NCBI GenBank assembly: GCA_040182905.1
Contig: JARQWU010000010.1
Span: 1 to 64,000 of the forward strand
Length of the DNA: 64,000 nt
Origin: Barthelona sp. PAP020
Taxonomy: Eukaryota
Direction of reading: 5' to 3'
Shown here: positions 22,107 to 34,184 of the stretch, piece after piece
Numbering within the stretch: the first letter of the stretch is position 1
Layout of the letters: every line of letters starts with the position of its first letter
Translations under genes and position numbers: made by a program
Notes under the pieces: generated by a model
Databases searched by the model: none
The model's input: the letters and a program-made list of their open reading frames with translations, nothing else
Told to the model about the DNA's origin: nothing

Positions 22107-23318
22107 TTAAGTGGTTAAAACAGTAACCTTGGGCTTAAGAAGAGCACCAGAATTAGACTTGAAGAATGAAGTAGTCTTGAAAATGGAACTACCAGCATTC
22201 TTTTGCATGAAAACATTGGTTCCATCAGCAGAAATAGTGACACCAGTACCAGTCAATTCAATATGATCACTGACAGTCGTAGAAGACTTGTCTTGTCCAA
22301 TCATAATAAGAGGAATGTTGAAATTGACACCGTTAACGAAGGAAACAGAAATACCAGATCCAATACCAACTGAATTGATAAGAAGTTGGAAGACAATATC
22401 ATTAGTAGTACCATGACTTTGAATGTTGAAGACTTTGAGAGATCCAGCAGAGGCATCAGCATAGAAAGAAGCACCAGAAGCCCAGTTTAACTTGTCAATA
22501 TAAATAGATGATCCTTCACTGCGATAATCCTTGGCAGTAACTTCTTGGAAATAACTGACACCGCTTGAGAGCTTAAGATAAGAACGGAGGGGTTGGAAAT
22601 GGTTGAAGTATCCAGTAAGAGAAACACCAGTAGAAGTGACTCCAGCAGGAATGGTATAAGAAGTTTCAACCTTTTCAGAAGAAGAAGTAGATTCAAGTTT
22701 AATATAAGTAAATTGGAAACTGGTAGGAACTTGAATTTTGATGTGATGGATCTTACAATCAGTAATACTGGCATCAAAAATTTGTTCAAGATAAATAGTC
22801 TTTGAGCAACCGGTAACAGAAACCTCGTTATGATCTTTAGGGGTAACTGTTTCAGCAACGGCAGTAGGATTGGGAGCGGAACCGTCAATATACTTAACAT
22901 AAGAAGAAACCTTAATATCACTACCAGCATGAGTTAAATATTCAATTGATACATGAGATGATTTGACAACTAAGCAATTATAATCAGCAGTAGCATAGCT
23001 GACTTCAGCATAAGTTTTGGTTTGAGTGGCACGTAAACAGTTGGCAGCATTAAACAAGTTTTCCCAATAACCAGTTATGGTTAAAAGAATGGCAATGATA
23101 ATAATGAGGATGAGGCAGCAAATACCACAACAACCACACTTGCCCTTTTTAGTTTTAGGCATGTATTTTCTAATACCGTGGCTGCCAGTGGTTTGTGGAA
23201 CACCTTGGCGACCTTGAGGTTGTCCCATTGGATGAGGACCTCCCATTTGCATGTTTTGTTGAGGATAAGCCATTTGGGGTTGGGGATTATAACCCATTTG
23301 ATTTGGTTGACCGTACAT
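22107..23318 (-). CDS. Probable type II surface membrane protein, likely highly expressed
   Basis: P/Q/G/M-rich N-terminus, 'KCGCCGICC' followed by one TM helix, S/T/G-rich beta-type ectodomain; codon usage like the ribosomal protein gene; ATG at 23318. Confidence 0.75.
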   Translation of the reverse strand: MYGQPNQMGYNPQPQMAYPQQNMQMGGPHPMGQPQGRQGVPQTTGSHGIRKYMPKTKKGKCGCCGICCLILIIIIAILLTITGYWENLFNAANCLRATQTKTYAEVSYATADYNCLVVKSSHVSIEYLTHAGSDIKVSSYVKYIDGSAPNPTAVAETVTPKDHNEVSVTGCSKTIYLEQIFDASITDCKIHHIKIQVPTSFQFTYIKLESTSSSEKVETSYTIPAGVTSTGVSLTGYFNHFQPLRSYLKLSSGVSYFQEVTAKDYRSEGSSIYIDKLNWASGASFYADASAGSLKVFNIQSHGTTNDIVFQLLINSVGIGSGISVSFVNGVNFNIPLIMIGQDKSSTTVSDHIELTGTGVTISADGTNVFMQKNAGSSIFKTTSFFKSNSGALLKPKVTVLTT

Positions 23319-23641
23319 TTCCAAAAAAAAAATAAATAAAGTTTAAATCCATAATTAGATTGTAAACCTATTTTGGCATGTTTTTTCCCAGCAATTCCAG
23401 ATTTAGGAATTTATAAAAAGCATTTTTTTATCCCAAAGAAACCAAAATTGTTATTAAAGGAAGATCAAATTTATTATTTTTTTTAAAAATTCCCAAAACT
23501 CTTCTTTACAATCCGTCACTTGATAAATAATCAAAAGAAACCTTATTTATAAAGGATAAAATGATAATGAAACCAGAAAAAAAAAAATGTTTTGGAAAAA
23601 AATTTCCAAAAGTTTTCTTATTCCCATTTTCACCAATAGAA

Positions 23642-24218
23642 ATGAATCCTTCCAATATGGTATGATTGTTATGTTATTTTATTACTAATTAACCAGGTTC
23701 GTGAATTTGTTGTCGCTGGTAGAGCTTTGCCAACCGAAAACGACGCAAATCCCGTTATTTACAAAATGAGCATTTATGCTGCCAACCCAGTTGTTGCTCG
23801 TTCTCGTTTTTGGAACACTTTAAAGAAATCTCAAAAGATTAAAAAGTGCAATGCCCAAATTATTGAATGCACAGAAATTTTTGAAAAGAATACCAAGGCT
23901 TGTAAGTCTTTTGCTGTTTATATTCGTTATCGTGTTCGTCATGGATTTATTAATATGCGTAAGGAATATCGTGCCACTTCTCGTTGTGAAGCTGTCTCTC
24001 AAATGTTCCAAGAAATGGCCGGTCTTCATCGTGCCAGACCCGAAGTTATTCAAATCCTCAATGTCGAACGTTTGTTAAAGAAGGAAGATGTTAACAGAAC
24101 TCAAGTTTCTGCCTTCATGAACCCTTCTATTAGCTTCCCTGTTACCCATCATGTTGTTCGTGGTTCTTCCAAGCACTTCTCAACCAAGTTCAAAGCCACT
24201 AGACCTAATCTTCACTAA
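23642..24218 (+). CDS. RPL18A: 60S ribosomal protein L18a (eL20), 2 exons: 23642-23659 and 23697-24218
   Basis: Spliced N-terminus MNPSNM/VREFVVAGRALP; 'VVARSRFW', 'NMRKEYR', 'MAGLHRAR'. Confidence 0.95.
23660..23696 (+). other. Spliceosomal intron (37 nt) in RPL18A
   Basis: GTATGA...ACTAAT-TAACCAG; removal joins the upstream ATG to the conserved N-terminus in frame. Confidence 0.9.
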
Positions 24219-24447
24219 TTTTGACTTTTTCAATGTTTTCGGGATGTCCATAAACTTAGGATTCAATCTATGTTTTTTTTTAAGTTTAAAGTGTGATTTT
24301 ATTTTAAATAAATATTTGTCCTAAACATCTTTTTTTCACAATTTTGGTTGTGATCATAATCCTTCATACAATTATTTAGACCATAATATAAGTAAATAAG
24401 AATGAAATTTGAAATAATGGGTCAATATTTTTTTAATTGAAATTTGA

Positions 24448-27400
24448 ATGCTTGATTGTTGGGGATTATCAAATAATGTTCCTGATACGACAATTGTATT
24501 ACCCAATCAACAAATTTTTTACATTAATGGAAGATATTTTATTATCCAAGATTTGATAACGAATGACAAACAATTTGTTCCATTTGCGCCTGATGTTCTA
24601 AAAGTAAAGAAAACTTTTTTAACTATTTGTGGGAAATATATTGTGTGTTTTGAAGTTTTAAAAGAAAGTCCTTCAATTGCATCATTTTCATTTTTATCTA
24701 CCAAATATTTTAAAAGGAGTAAAATGTTCAGCTGTCCGGATATTGATATTTCAAATGTTATCGATGTTGGTGTTACGGCTGATTCTAAGAATTTATTATT
24801 ATTAACTTCAATGAGTGGAAACAATTCAACTATTAGTAACAACACAATAAGTGGAAATCGTGAGCATCCACAATTATCGTTACAAATTGTTGAAATAGCA
24901 AAAATGAAAATTATCACTAACATACGTCTTGTACACAATCAATATGGAACTGTTGAACACATAATACCAAATCCTTATGAAAAGAATACGATATTGTTTC
25001 TTGGACCTCATACAATAAAGATTGCACGAATACATGACAATAGCTATCTACGACAAGTGAGTGGTGGAGGGGTTAATTTAGAAAATTTAGGTTACTTTCA
25101 ATGTGCCACATGGTTTAACGAAGTCGATATCTTTTTTGGAACAAAAAATGGGGAGATTTATTTTCTGTGTAATGGAGAATTTGCAGAGCCTTTAAGACCC
25201 AGTTTAGATCAAGAATTTTCAATTTGTTCAATGATACTTCAGCGGAACTATCTGTTGGTTGGAAATAGTGTTGGTTTTGTGTATATTTATCGAAAGATAG
25301 ATCCACCTGCAGAAGATCCAATAACTACTGGTACATTACCCAAATCACATTCCAAACAATTTTCTTCCAGGGAAGATTCCTTGATATTAGGTCTAGGGAA
25401 TCCAAACAGCTCTTTTAACACTCCTATTTCTTCAAATCCTTATTTTAACAATTCTTTGAATGCTATTAGTACAAATTTACATGGAACAAATTGTAATAGC
25501 AAGAATGATTCGTGTAATTCCGAAGTGATGGGTGGATACAGTGAAATATCTGCTTCTACGATTTCAAGACGGGGAAATCGCAATTGTATACATGTTCCTG
25601 TAGCTTTAATAAATATGGTAAACCCGGTTGGATATTCATCTCACTTGAATTTAAATCGAGAATTAGTCACCAAAAATAGGGAATCTCTCATACCTGATAG
25701 TAAGGTGATCGATTTTCAACAACAAACATTTGTCGACAAGATTAATGCAACTGATGCAATTTCTAAGTTGTTTATTCTACCCAATCTAGAATGTTTAACG
25801 TGCATTACTGAAAAGGGTGATATTTTCATGTTTGATCGAAACATAGAAGATATCGTTCAGGGGTACAGCTATTGTCACCTGTTAAGAAATCCATTAACCA
25901 AGATTAGTAGTGTGTGTACTTCTTTAAATTCGCCATATATTGTATTGGGTGATGAATTGGGTACAATTGTAATATATTCATGTTCTTTATGTAGAGAAAT
26001 CATTGTTAAACCGAAATTTATTGATGTTGAGCGATATGGGATGATAAAGAGCATGGTAATTAATGATTCAGGACATATTTTGATTATTGCAACTGATTCT
26101 TATGTATTTATTTGTTCCATCTGTCTGAATGATATTGGTTTCAGCAAGACATTGCAGATTCAGTCGAATGACATTGTTGGATTGGATATTACAAAAGCTG
26201 GTGATCTGTTGATAATTGCTACAACTACTGATGTGAAAGTCTTTTCACTTTTCAGTTGCGAATATGTCAACACTATTAGGGTTTCTGAGGTTTCTTCAGG
26301 TTATAAAATAAAAAAGATGAAAATGGAAAATTTTGATTGCATCTTATTGATACTATTAGAAAATGGTTTGTTACAAAGATATAGTGTGAAAACAGGGAGG
26401 AAAATCATTGAATGGCATCAAATATTGCATTCAGTTATTGATAATTTCTCAATACTACCCATTAAAACAATAAACGCACATGGTGTAGGTGCTTTAGTTG
26501 ACGAGCATATGACTTTGGATTTTGATCATAAAAATCAGGTAACCCATGCGATTCTGCTTGATTCTGAAGGAGAATTGGTTCATATTAAGGATTTTTCGGT
26601 AATTAATGAAAGCAAACCAGTATTTTACAATGAAGATGCTATCAATAGTGGTAATGAGCCAAAAAAATTGTCATTTTTAGGTGCGGCTTTTCATTTCATT
26701 TTTTTAGGTTATTGTGATGGCACAACTGGAATGATAGCACATCCAATGAAGAAATCCACAAGTAAAATTTTGAATGTTCATCAATTGTTTAATTCTCCTG
26801 TCATCAATATTTCTGTTTTAAATAATGGGAAAAATGCTTGTATTGTGTCTGAAAATGGGGAGATATACATATTAGGAACATTGAATTTGATTGGGGAAGT
26901 ACAAAGAGTTGAAGATTTAGAACATGCAAATAGTTTACGTAATATATTAGAAAAAAAAATGTCTGATGAGAAAATTTTGAATAGTACAGAACAATTAAAG
27001 ACGCCTGAAGAAGATACAGTGAAAGCAATGATTTTGAAGAATGAATTTGGTGCAAAGAATGTTTTATTGAGTAAAAACGATCAAAATTCATTGAAGCAGT
27101 ATTACCAAAATATTCAACATGTGATCTCAAAGAAAGAAAAAGAAAAAGAAGAAGAAAATTTTGGAAAACACATGATAATACGTGAAGAAAGAAATGGGAA
27201 TGGGAATTTAAGCAACAAACATCTGTTACATAACACGTATTTAGAAGAAAAGATAAAGCTGCAACGAAACAATATCATTGATTTAAAAGAATATCAAAAC
27301 ACTTTAAAACTTAGGATTGATAAAGAGAATGATATTTTTAATGTTGAGATAGAAAAGGAGAAGCACAATCATAACCAAAATAAATCATTACTTACCCAAA

Positions 27401-29013
27401 AATTTGATGAAGAAATATCGGAAGAACAGAAGAATTTGGAAATGTTAGAAAAAGATTTAAAAGAAATTGAATTCATTCATCAAAAATCATATGAAGAAAA
27501 AGAAAAAGAACATAACAATACTTTAGAAAGATTAGAAAAAGATTATACTTCAAAGAAGGATAATGAAGAAGAAGCTTTAATTGAATTGATTGAACAGATC
27601 AAACATAATGAGAAACTAATGAGTGAATATGTACAAGAACAAAATAAACAACATCAAAAACAGATATTTAAATTAACCAGTGATTATGAAGAGATCTTAC
27701 GAATTAATCGTAAAGAATGGGAAAAAGTTAAAGAAAAACGTCGAAATATAATTAAATTAAAGGAAGAAAATATCAAAAAATTAGAAGAAGAGTTTGATTT
27801 AGATGTATTGGGAAATGTTTTAGATAAAAAAAAGAAGAGAAAATTTGATCAAAAATTAACTGTAGAATTAAAGAATGTACAAAAAAATTTAATACAACAA
27901 AAGAAAAAGATCGATGAACGTATAAAAAACAATGAAAATGAATTATTAATAGAAAGAAAAAATAAAAATTTAAAACAAATGAAAATAACTATTTTAGAAA
28001 AGGAAATTGATGGAATGTTAAAAGAAATTGAAGAAAGAAAATTAATTGCGTCTGAAAAAGATGGTAGAATTGAAATTTTAGGAAAAAAAATCGAAGAATT
28101 AGAAAAATTTAAGTTTGTGTTAAACTATAAGATAAATGATTTGCATAAAGACATATTACCTAAAACTTTATTGATTGAAGAATTAAATGAAAAGATCAAT
28201 AACAGAAGAAAAGAATTAAATCAAGAAAAAATTTTGAATAATAAGTTAGCTATTGATATCAGTGAAGAAAAGATAAAATTAAAGGCTCTCAATAATTCTA
28301 TTGAAAAGGATACCGTAAATGACACCAAATTTACAACATATTATGAAAATTTTTTCAAAGACTTTCACGATATGTTTAAAAATACAAAAATTTTGAATTT
28401 TCCAGCAATTGTTCGGGAATTTTATTCCAAATATTTTTTAAAACAGTCATTTAATTCTAATCTAAACTTTGAGTATCATAATCCCATTGATCAAAGTATA
28501 AAAAAGACAATTAATAATTCCTCTCATATTTCAAGTCTAGAAAATTCTTTGAAAAATATCCAGATGAAAAAATTAAAATTTTTAAAACATTCAAAAATTG
28601 AAAGTGAAAAATTATTACAGGAAAACAGTAAATTGATCACTGAGATTAATTTATTGAGAAAAGACACTCATAGTCGTAGAAATAAGAAAATTAAACATTT
28701 AGGTATTAATGATCATCTTGCTGAAACTAAAAAGGCTAATAAGGTCAAAATGAACAGTTTAAAGAAAAAAATTTTGGATTTAGAAAAAAAAAATATCTTT
28801 ACTAAAAATGATTGTAATAGTAATCCACAATCTAGTAAAAAAGACTTATTATTCTATAAAGATTCATCAAATCGCAACGTTTACATTCAAAATATTAATG
28901 ATTCTTCTCCAAACTTTAACAAAAATTTTAACCAAAATAATAACAATACAATGCCTTTCATTCAAAGTGCCATCCCTTTGCCACCAAAAATTAAATTAAA
29001 TACCAATAGATAA
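24448..29013 (+). CDS. CFAP57: Flagellar WD40 + coiled-coil protein CFAP57/WDR65-like
   Basis: N-terminal beta-propeller-like region, long coiled coil with signature 'LEKFKFVLNYKINDL..DI.PK'. Confidence 0.8.
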   Translation: MLDCWGLSNNVPDTTIVLPNQQIFYINGRYFIIQDLITNDKQFVPFAPDVLKVKKTFLTICGKYIVCFEVLKESPSIASFSFLSTKYFKRSKMFSCPDIDISNVIDVGVTADSKNLLLLTSMSGNNSTISNNTISGNREHPQLSLQIVEIAKMKIITNIRLVHNQYGTVEHIIPNPYEKNTILFLGPHTIKIARIHDNSYLRQVSGGGVNLENLGYFQCATWFNEVDIFFGTKNGEIYFLCNGEFAEPLRPSLDQEFSICSMILQRNYLLVGNSVGFVYIYRKIDPPAEDPITTGTLPKSHSKQFSSREDSLILGLGNPNSSFNTPISSNPYFNNSLNAISTNLHGTNCNSKNDSCNSEVMGGYSEISASTISRRGNRNCIHVPVALINMVNPVGYSSHLNLNRELVTKNRESLIPDSKVIDFQQQTFVDKINATDAISKLFILPNLECLTCITEKGDIFMFDRNIEDIVQGYSYCHLLRNPLTKISSVCTSLNSPYIVLGDELGTIVIYSCSLCREIIVKPKFIDVERYGMIKSMVINDSGHILIIATDSYVFICSICLNDIGFSKTLQIQSNDIVGLDITKAGDLLIIATTTDVKVFSLFSCEYVNTIRVSEVSSGYKIKKMKMENFDCILLILLENGLLQRYSVKTGRKIIEWHQILHSVIDNFSILPIKTINAHGVGALVDEHMTLDFDHKNQVTHAILLDSEGELVHIKDFSVINESKPVFYNEDAINSGNEPKKLSFLGAAFHFIFLGYCDGTTGMIAHPMKKSTSKILNVHQLFNSPVINISVLNNGKNACIVSENGEIYILGTLNLIGEVQRVEDLEHANSLRNILEKKMSDEKILNSTEQLKTPEEDTVKAMILKNEFGAKNVLLSKNDQNSLKQYYQNIQHVISKKEKEKEEENFGKHMIIREERNGNGNLSNKHLLHNTYLEEKIKLQRNNIIDLKEYQNTLKLRIDKENDIFNVEIEKEKHNHNQNKSLLTQKFDEEISEEQKNLEMLEKDLKEIEFIHQKSYEEKEKEHNNTLERLEKDYTSKKDNEEEALIELIEQIKHNEKLMSEYVQEQNKQHQKQIFKLTSDYEEILRINRKEWEKVKEKRRNIIKLKEENIKKLEEEFDLDVLGNVLDKKKKRKFDQKLTVELKNVQKNLIQQKKKIDERIKNNENELLIERKNKNLKQMKITILEKEIDGMLKEIEERKLIASEKDGRIEILGKKIEELEKFKFVLNYKINDLHKDILPKTLLIEELNEKINNRRKELNQEKILNNKLAIDISEEKIKLKALNNSIEKDTVNDTKFTTYYENFFKDFHDMFKNTKILNFPAIVREFYSKYFLKQSFNSNLNFEYHNPIDQSIKKTINNSSHISSLENSLKNIQMKKLKFLKHSKIESEKLLQENSKLITEINLLRKDTHSRRNKKIKHLGINDHLAETKKANKVKMNSLKKKILDLEKKNIFTKNDCNSNPQSSKKDLLFYKDSSNRNVYIQNINDSSPNFNKNFNQNNNNTMPFIQSAIPLPPKIKLNTNR

Positions 29014-29371
29014 ACTGTAGAACAACAAAGTTTTTTTTTATTTTTTTTTTTCCTCCAAACTTTTCACATAACTTTCGCCAAATTTAAAACAAAATTCTTA
29101 GTTGATTAATTAATAAAATTAATTATTAACTTTGTTCTTTATCAAAATTAAAATGGAAAAAAGAACATTGATGCCAAATAATATGGCTTCAGTGAAATCA
29201 ATAATCTTTTAAAACAACTATTTTTATTTTTTCCCCTTTTAGATTTTTTACCATTCCTTTTTGAGGGATTCCTTGTTACCAAAAAAATAAAATCAAAATT
29301 CTTTTACTGTTTTTAATTCAACTTTCCTTACTCTCAAAGAAGTAACTGTTTAACCTCATATATATCCTTAT

Positions 29372-32300
29372 CTATTTTGAAACAGATAACGCCTTTAATA
29401 ATTCTTCTTTCTTTTTTGTGTACAACCTAACATTGTTTGTAGCTTCAAAATGAACTTTTTGCAACTCTTTCATTTTTACAAATTGCAAGTCTGCACGTTG
29501 TTTTGCAAACATTAAACGATTAATTTCATTTGAAACCATTTTGATATCGGCCTCAACTCTTTTAACAACTTGAACATTGTGATTCAAAAGAGCTTGAAGT
29601 TGTGCCAAACATCTCTGCATTGTTTGTGTTTGTACCTCAGTTGGACTCAAATCTATTTGTGGCTCCTTCTTAGCAGATAGTACCATGGTAGCTGCATTCG
29701 ATAAAATGGGTGGAGAATGAGGAATTTTTCTCGTATCATTTGCTTTTGCATTTGATAAATGAGAAATTAAATGTGTTTGATGTAAACTTCGACTGTTATG
29801 CTGTGTTCCCATATTTGATTTGACACTGTTTAATGGCTTAACTTCATTATTTGGTGATACAACACTTGGACTCGATACAGTAGATCTTTGATGACCAATG
29901 TCCCCTGTTGGAATGCAATTATTCTTTTGAGAAGCAAGAGATTGCTCACATGAATTAAAATGGGGGGAACTCTTGTACAAATGTTTTAATGCTATGTTTG
30001 ATCTGGTCACAATTTCATCCGGTAACCGAGTTCTAAAGCCAAAATCAAATGACAATAAGGGGTCATTATGCGTCTCAACAGCTAACGCGTCAAAATCATC
30101 ATTCACATTGAAGAGAGTTGATAAGATCACACCATCTGCTTCTGAAGACCATAGATATGAGCTTTTTCCTTTACTTAGATATAAATGCTGTATAGCAGTA
30201 GGTATCTTGGCACAAGCATCTCCCAAACAACTGTCCATGACCATTCTTCTTCTTCTAGCCATTTCTGCAATTTCCAATGTTTGACGGATTTTCTCCCCAT
30301 TGTCTAACTCATCCATACGTTGAAGAAATACGTTAATGTATCTTTTAATATCATGTTTGGAAATACGTCCTGATAAATCGTCGTATAGTTCATCAATGTA
30401 TTCATGCACGTTGAAACCATAATCTTCTAAATATTTCAGAATTTTGGAATGATCTTTGGCACGAAAATGACTGAAACCTTTCTCAAACTCAAATTTCATC
30501 ACATCCTTTTCAACAAAAGTCAATGGTTCTGGAGGATTAATGACATTCTTCTTTTCTTCTAATAAAGGTTGAAGCTTATTCTTCATTTCAATGGCTTTTT
30601 GATACTGTAACTCTTGTTTTTCAGTACGATTATTTACCTTCTCATAACGTTCAATGACTTTCAATGCTGTATTCAATTTGGCAAGCTCAGATCGATTCTC
30701 AGTCTCATATTCCCAAGTAAATCGATCATATCTGTATTGTTTCTCACTCAATTTAAGGAATTCCTCAGTCATGAACTGAAAATCTGGATATGAAGAACGT
30801 TGTGGACCCATGTTTTTTTGAATACTTTTTTGCTTTCGTCGTAAACGCTTCCCAGATATCTGTTCCGCCGTGTCTGTTGATTGATTTGTTCGTATTAAAG
30901 ATTGAAGCTCTTCAACAGCTGTTTCATTAGCTATTTCATTTTCCAATAAATCCAACTCCAATTCCTCGGGATTTTCAAGATGATCAAGCAAGGAACGTTT
31001 AGTTTCTAAAATTTTCCCTGCAATCTTAGATTCAAATTGCTCCATGGCGTCCTCAATTTCTTTTTGATTTTTAGCCAAAATCATTTCAATCTCTTGATCT
31101 GGATAGTCATTTTCCGTTCCTAATGAATCAATATCAACCGTAATTTCTCCCAATTGTTCAGTACCAGAAGCTTGAAAAATTCGATCTGCACCAAAACTAA
31201 TCATTGAAAGCAATTGTGAAGAAGACATATTCTCCTCCTTCTCTAATAATCTCGACTGTTCAACAACCAAAGCATCCAACCTTAACTTTGCTTGTGCTCG
31301 TTTGACAATCCTCTCTTCAACTGTACCTGAACAAACAAAACGGAAGACGCGAACAGGCTTCGTTTGACCTATACGATGACAACGATCCTGTGCTTGCAAA
31401 TCAGACTGTGGATTCCAATCACTGTCATACAAAATAACTGTATCAGCAGATGTCAAATTGATACCCAAACCACCAGCACGTGTAGATAGAATAAAAACAA
31501 AATAAGGGGAATTTGGTGCATTAAATCTACGAATTGCCTTTTCACGATCTTCGTGAGAAGTTGAACCATCAAGTCGACAGTATCTGAATTGCTTTTGAAC
31601 CAAGTAATCGTCAATGATGTTCAATACTTCAACCATTTGAGAAAAGATAAGCACTCTGGAACCTTCTTGTTTTAACCTAGTTAAAAGTTTGTCCAAAACT
31701 TTCATTTTAGATGAAACAAGCCACAAATGTGGTCCAATAATCCAAGGAGGTCCAGGTTCAACACCATCAAATAAATAGGGATGATTACACACCTTCCGAA
31801 GTTGCATCAAGGTATTTTGAAGTGACTGGTTTTTTCCTCTATTTGCCTCATTTGGACCAAAATACTCTCCCAAATCCTTTTGAATCACTGCTCGATATAA
31901 ACGTTCTTGAATAGGATGTAAAGGAATTAAAACTTGAGTCTCAATCTTTGGTGGTAGATTTTCAACTTCATCCTTAACTCTTCTTAGCATAAAAGGACGA
32001 ATAACAGACAAAAGAACACCAGTAACCTTTTCCAATTCTTCAGGTGGTAGTGTCAAATCTTCTGCAACACCAAACCATTCCACAAATTGATCACCAGAAT
32101 CAAAAATGTCAGGTCGCAGAAAATTTAACAAAGCCCACAACTCTCGCAAGTTATTCTGTAATGGGGTACCCGTCAATAAAATTCTTCTGTTGTTTTTCAA
32201 CCCCGATAACACTTTGCTCAGAAGTGCATCTGAATTCTTTAATCTATGTGCTTCATCTACAATCAAATATTCCCAATTGTATTTGCGCAACCATTTAGAT

Positions 32301-33190
32301 TCTCTGATAGCTATATCATATGTAGTTAAAATAACATCGAATGCCTTGTTAACTATTGGTGAGGTGGAGGATTTTAACATAGCTACACGCTCATCTTTTA
32401 AACCCCAAAAAACAAAGCACTTGAGTGTTGGACACCAACTCGTAAAGGTTTGTCGCCAATTTAATAAGGTTGATTTAGGAACAATAACCAAATATCTAGG
32501 TGTATCTGTTGGAAAGAGTTCCTCGTTGGCATCACATTCCCAATAATAGGAAGGGCTATCAATATCATCAATCTCTATGTCTGATGATCCATGAATATCC
32601 ATTTCTAATTCTGAATCTTCTTCTTCTTCTTCTTCATTATCTTCTTCACTGTCAAAATCCAGATCTACTTCGATATTTCGGTCACTAAATGGAACGGGAC
32701 TCAAACTTTTCAAGCCATTCTCTAACAGATACTTCCGACGTCGATCTATACATTCATCACTGTTCTGGTACTCGTAAAGGTAAGCAATCATTGCAACAGA
32801 TTGCACAGTTTTTCCAAGACCCATTTGATCAGCTAATATCCCGTTAAACCCAACAAGAAATAGCCGTATCATCCAATTTAATCCATCCAGTTGATATGGC
32901 CTCAACCTACCCCCAACTAAACTCTTAGGTTGTGACAATAAGTTGTAGCTATCTTTACATCCCACAGGAGGTGGTGAAGTAAACCTGAAAGTATGTTTTA
33001 ATTTTGGTAATTGTGGAGCAGGGGTTTGATTTCTTATAATTTCTTCCAAAATTAAACGTTTATTGTCTTTCTTTGGGTTAAACTTTTCTAGATAAGGTGG
33101 TAAATGTCCCAAACCAGTTTTAACAAAGGTAGCATAGGGTTCAATAATATCCAATAGAACCTGTAAATCTTCTGGGATTTCCCAACTTTC

Positions 33191-33222
<32 letters not shown>

Positions 33223-33520
33223 CCTCTTCCTCTTCCTCTTCTTCATCATTATCAGAAGATTTTGGGTCTATTTTGTCGACTAATTCTCCTTCAGTGTCTT
33301 CAATTTCACTTTCGATTTCGCTCCCTCTATCTATCATTTCCAAATCATCAAAATTACTAATTTCATCACTTAAATCATTATCATCATTATCAATAACAAT
33401 TATATCGTCCGAATCATCATTTTCATCCATTTGGTGTAGACTATTGTGCTTATATGTTTCAATTTGTTGGTTTTTTCTCGGTTTAAATCTTTCATTACCC
33501 TCATTTTTGTCATTATACAT
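29372..33520 (-). CDS. ISWI-family SNF2 chromatin remodeller
   Basis: 'LRPYQLDGLNW', 'GILADQMGLGKT', 'DEAHRLKN', 'LRKVCNHPYLFDGVEPGPP', 'DSDWNPQSDLQAQDRCHRIGQ'; divergent HAND-SANT-SLIDE-like region. Confidence 0.9.
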
Positions 33521-33575
33521 CTGTCAAAAGTGTAAAAATCAAAAAATATAAAAAGAGTTTGAATTTTTTTTTATT

Positions 33576-33938
33576 ATGTCCAATCCATCAATTGAAGAAT
33601 TAAAACAAGCTGTTAGATTGAATTTAAAACAAAAGGGAACTTTGGATGCTGTAATTTCTCATCTGAAACAAGAAGTTTTCAATTCTTTGGAAATGACTGA
33701 AGGTATTCCACCCGAACAACCCGAAGAAAACATTTTATTAGACGCTTTAATTGTTGAATATTTGGAGCATAATCATAGAAATTATACCAAAAGCGTTATG
33801 TTATCTGAAGTCAATTCTGGTAAACCCCATTTATCACGAGCAATTGTTGAATCAAGTTTAAACTTATCTGACTCAGATCCCAGTTTACCTCTTTTATACA
33901 CTATATTATATAAAATAAAAAATTCTAACAATCAATAA
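33576..33938 (+). CDS. FOPNL: LisH-domain basal-body protein FOR20/FOPNL
   Basis: 'ELKQAVR..L..KG.L', 'EENILLDALIVEYL...YTKSV..SE', 'LPLLY'. Confidence 0.8.
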   Translation: MSNPSIEELKQAVRLNLKQKGTLDAVISHLKQEVFNSLEMTEGIPPEQPEENILLDALIVEYLEHNHRNYTKSVMLSEVNSGKPHLSRAIVESSLNLSDSDPSLPLLYTILYKIKNSNNQ

Positions 33939-34184
33939 CCAATATGAGTAATTCATTGATTTTTCAAAAAAAAAGAAGAAATATTCATTAATTTATGACT
34001 TTAATTGTCACAAGAAAAAACAATGATGTGTGTTTAGATTTTTCAAAATGTCAAACTGTTTATAAAAGAAACGTCACTTTTCATAAACATCCTACAATTA
34101 TAAATTGCATGTACTTTTTTTAATATTTTAAAAGAAAATTGGTTTTCTGTCAACAAATATTTTTTTCATCAGCAATTCCAAACA

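Noticed and set aside
33193..33246. (GAA)n-type tracts here and at ~7870-7905 and ~41795-41818
   Set aside because: These are coding poly-Glu low-complexity runs, not independent repeat elements.
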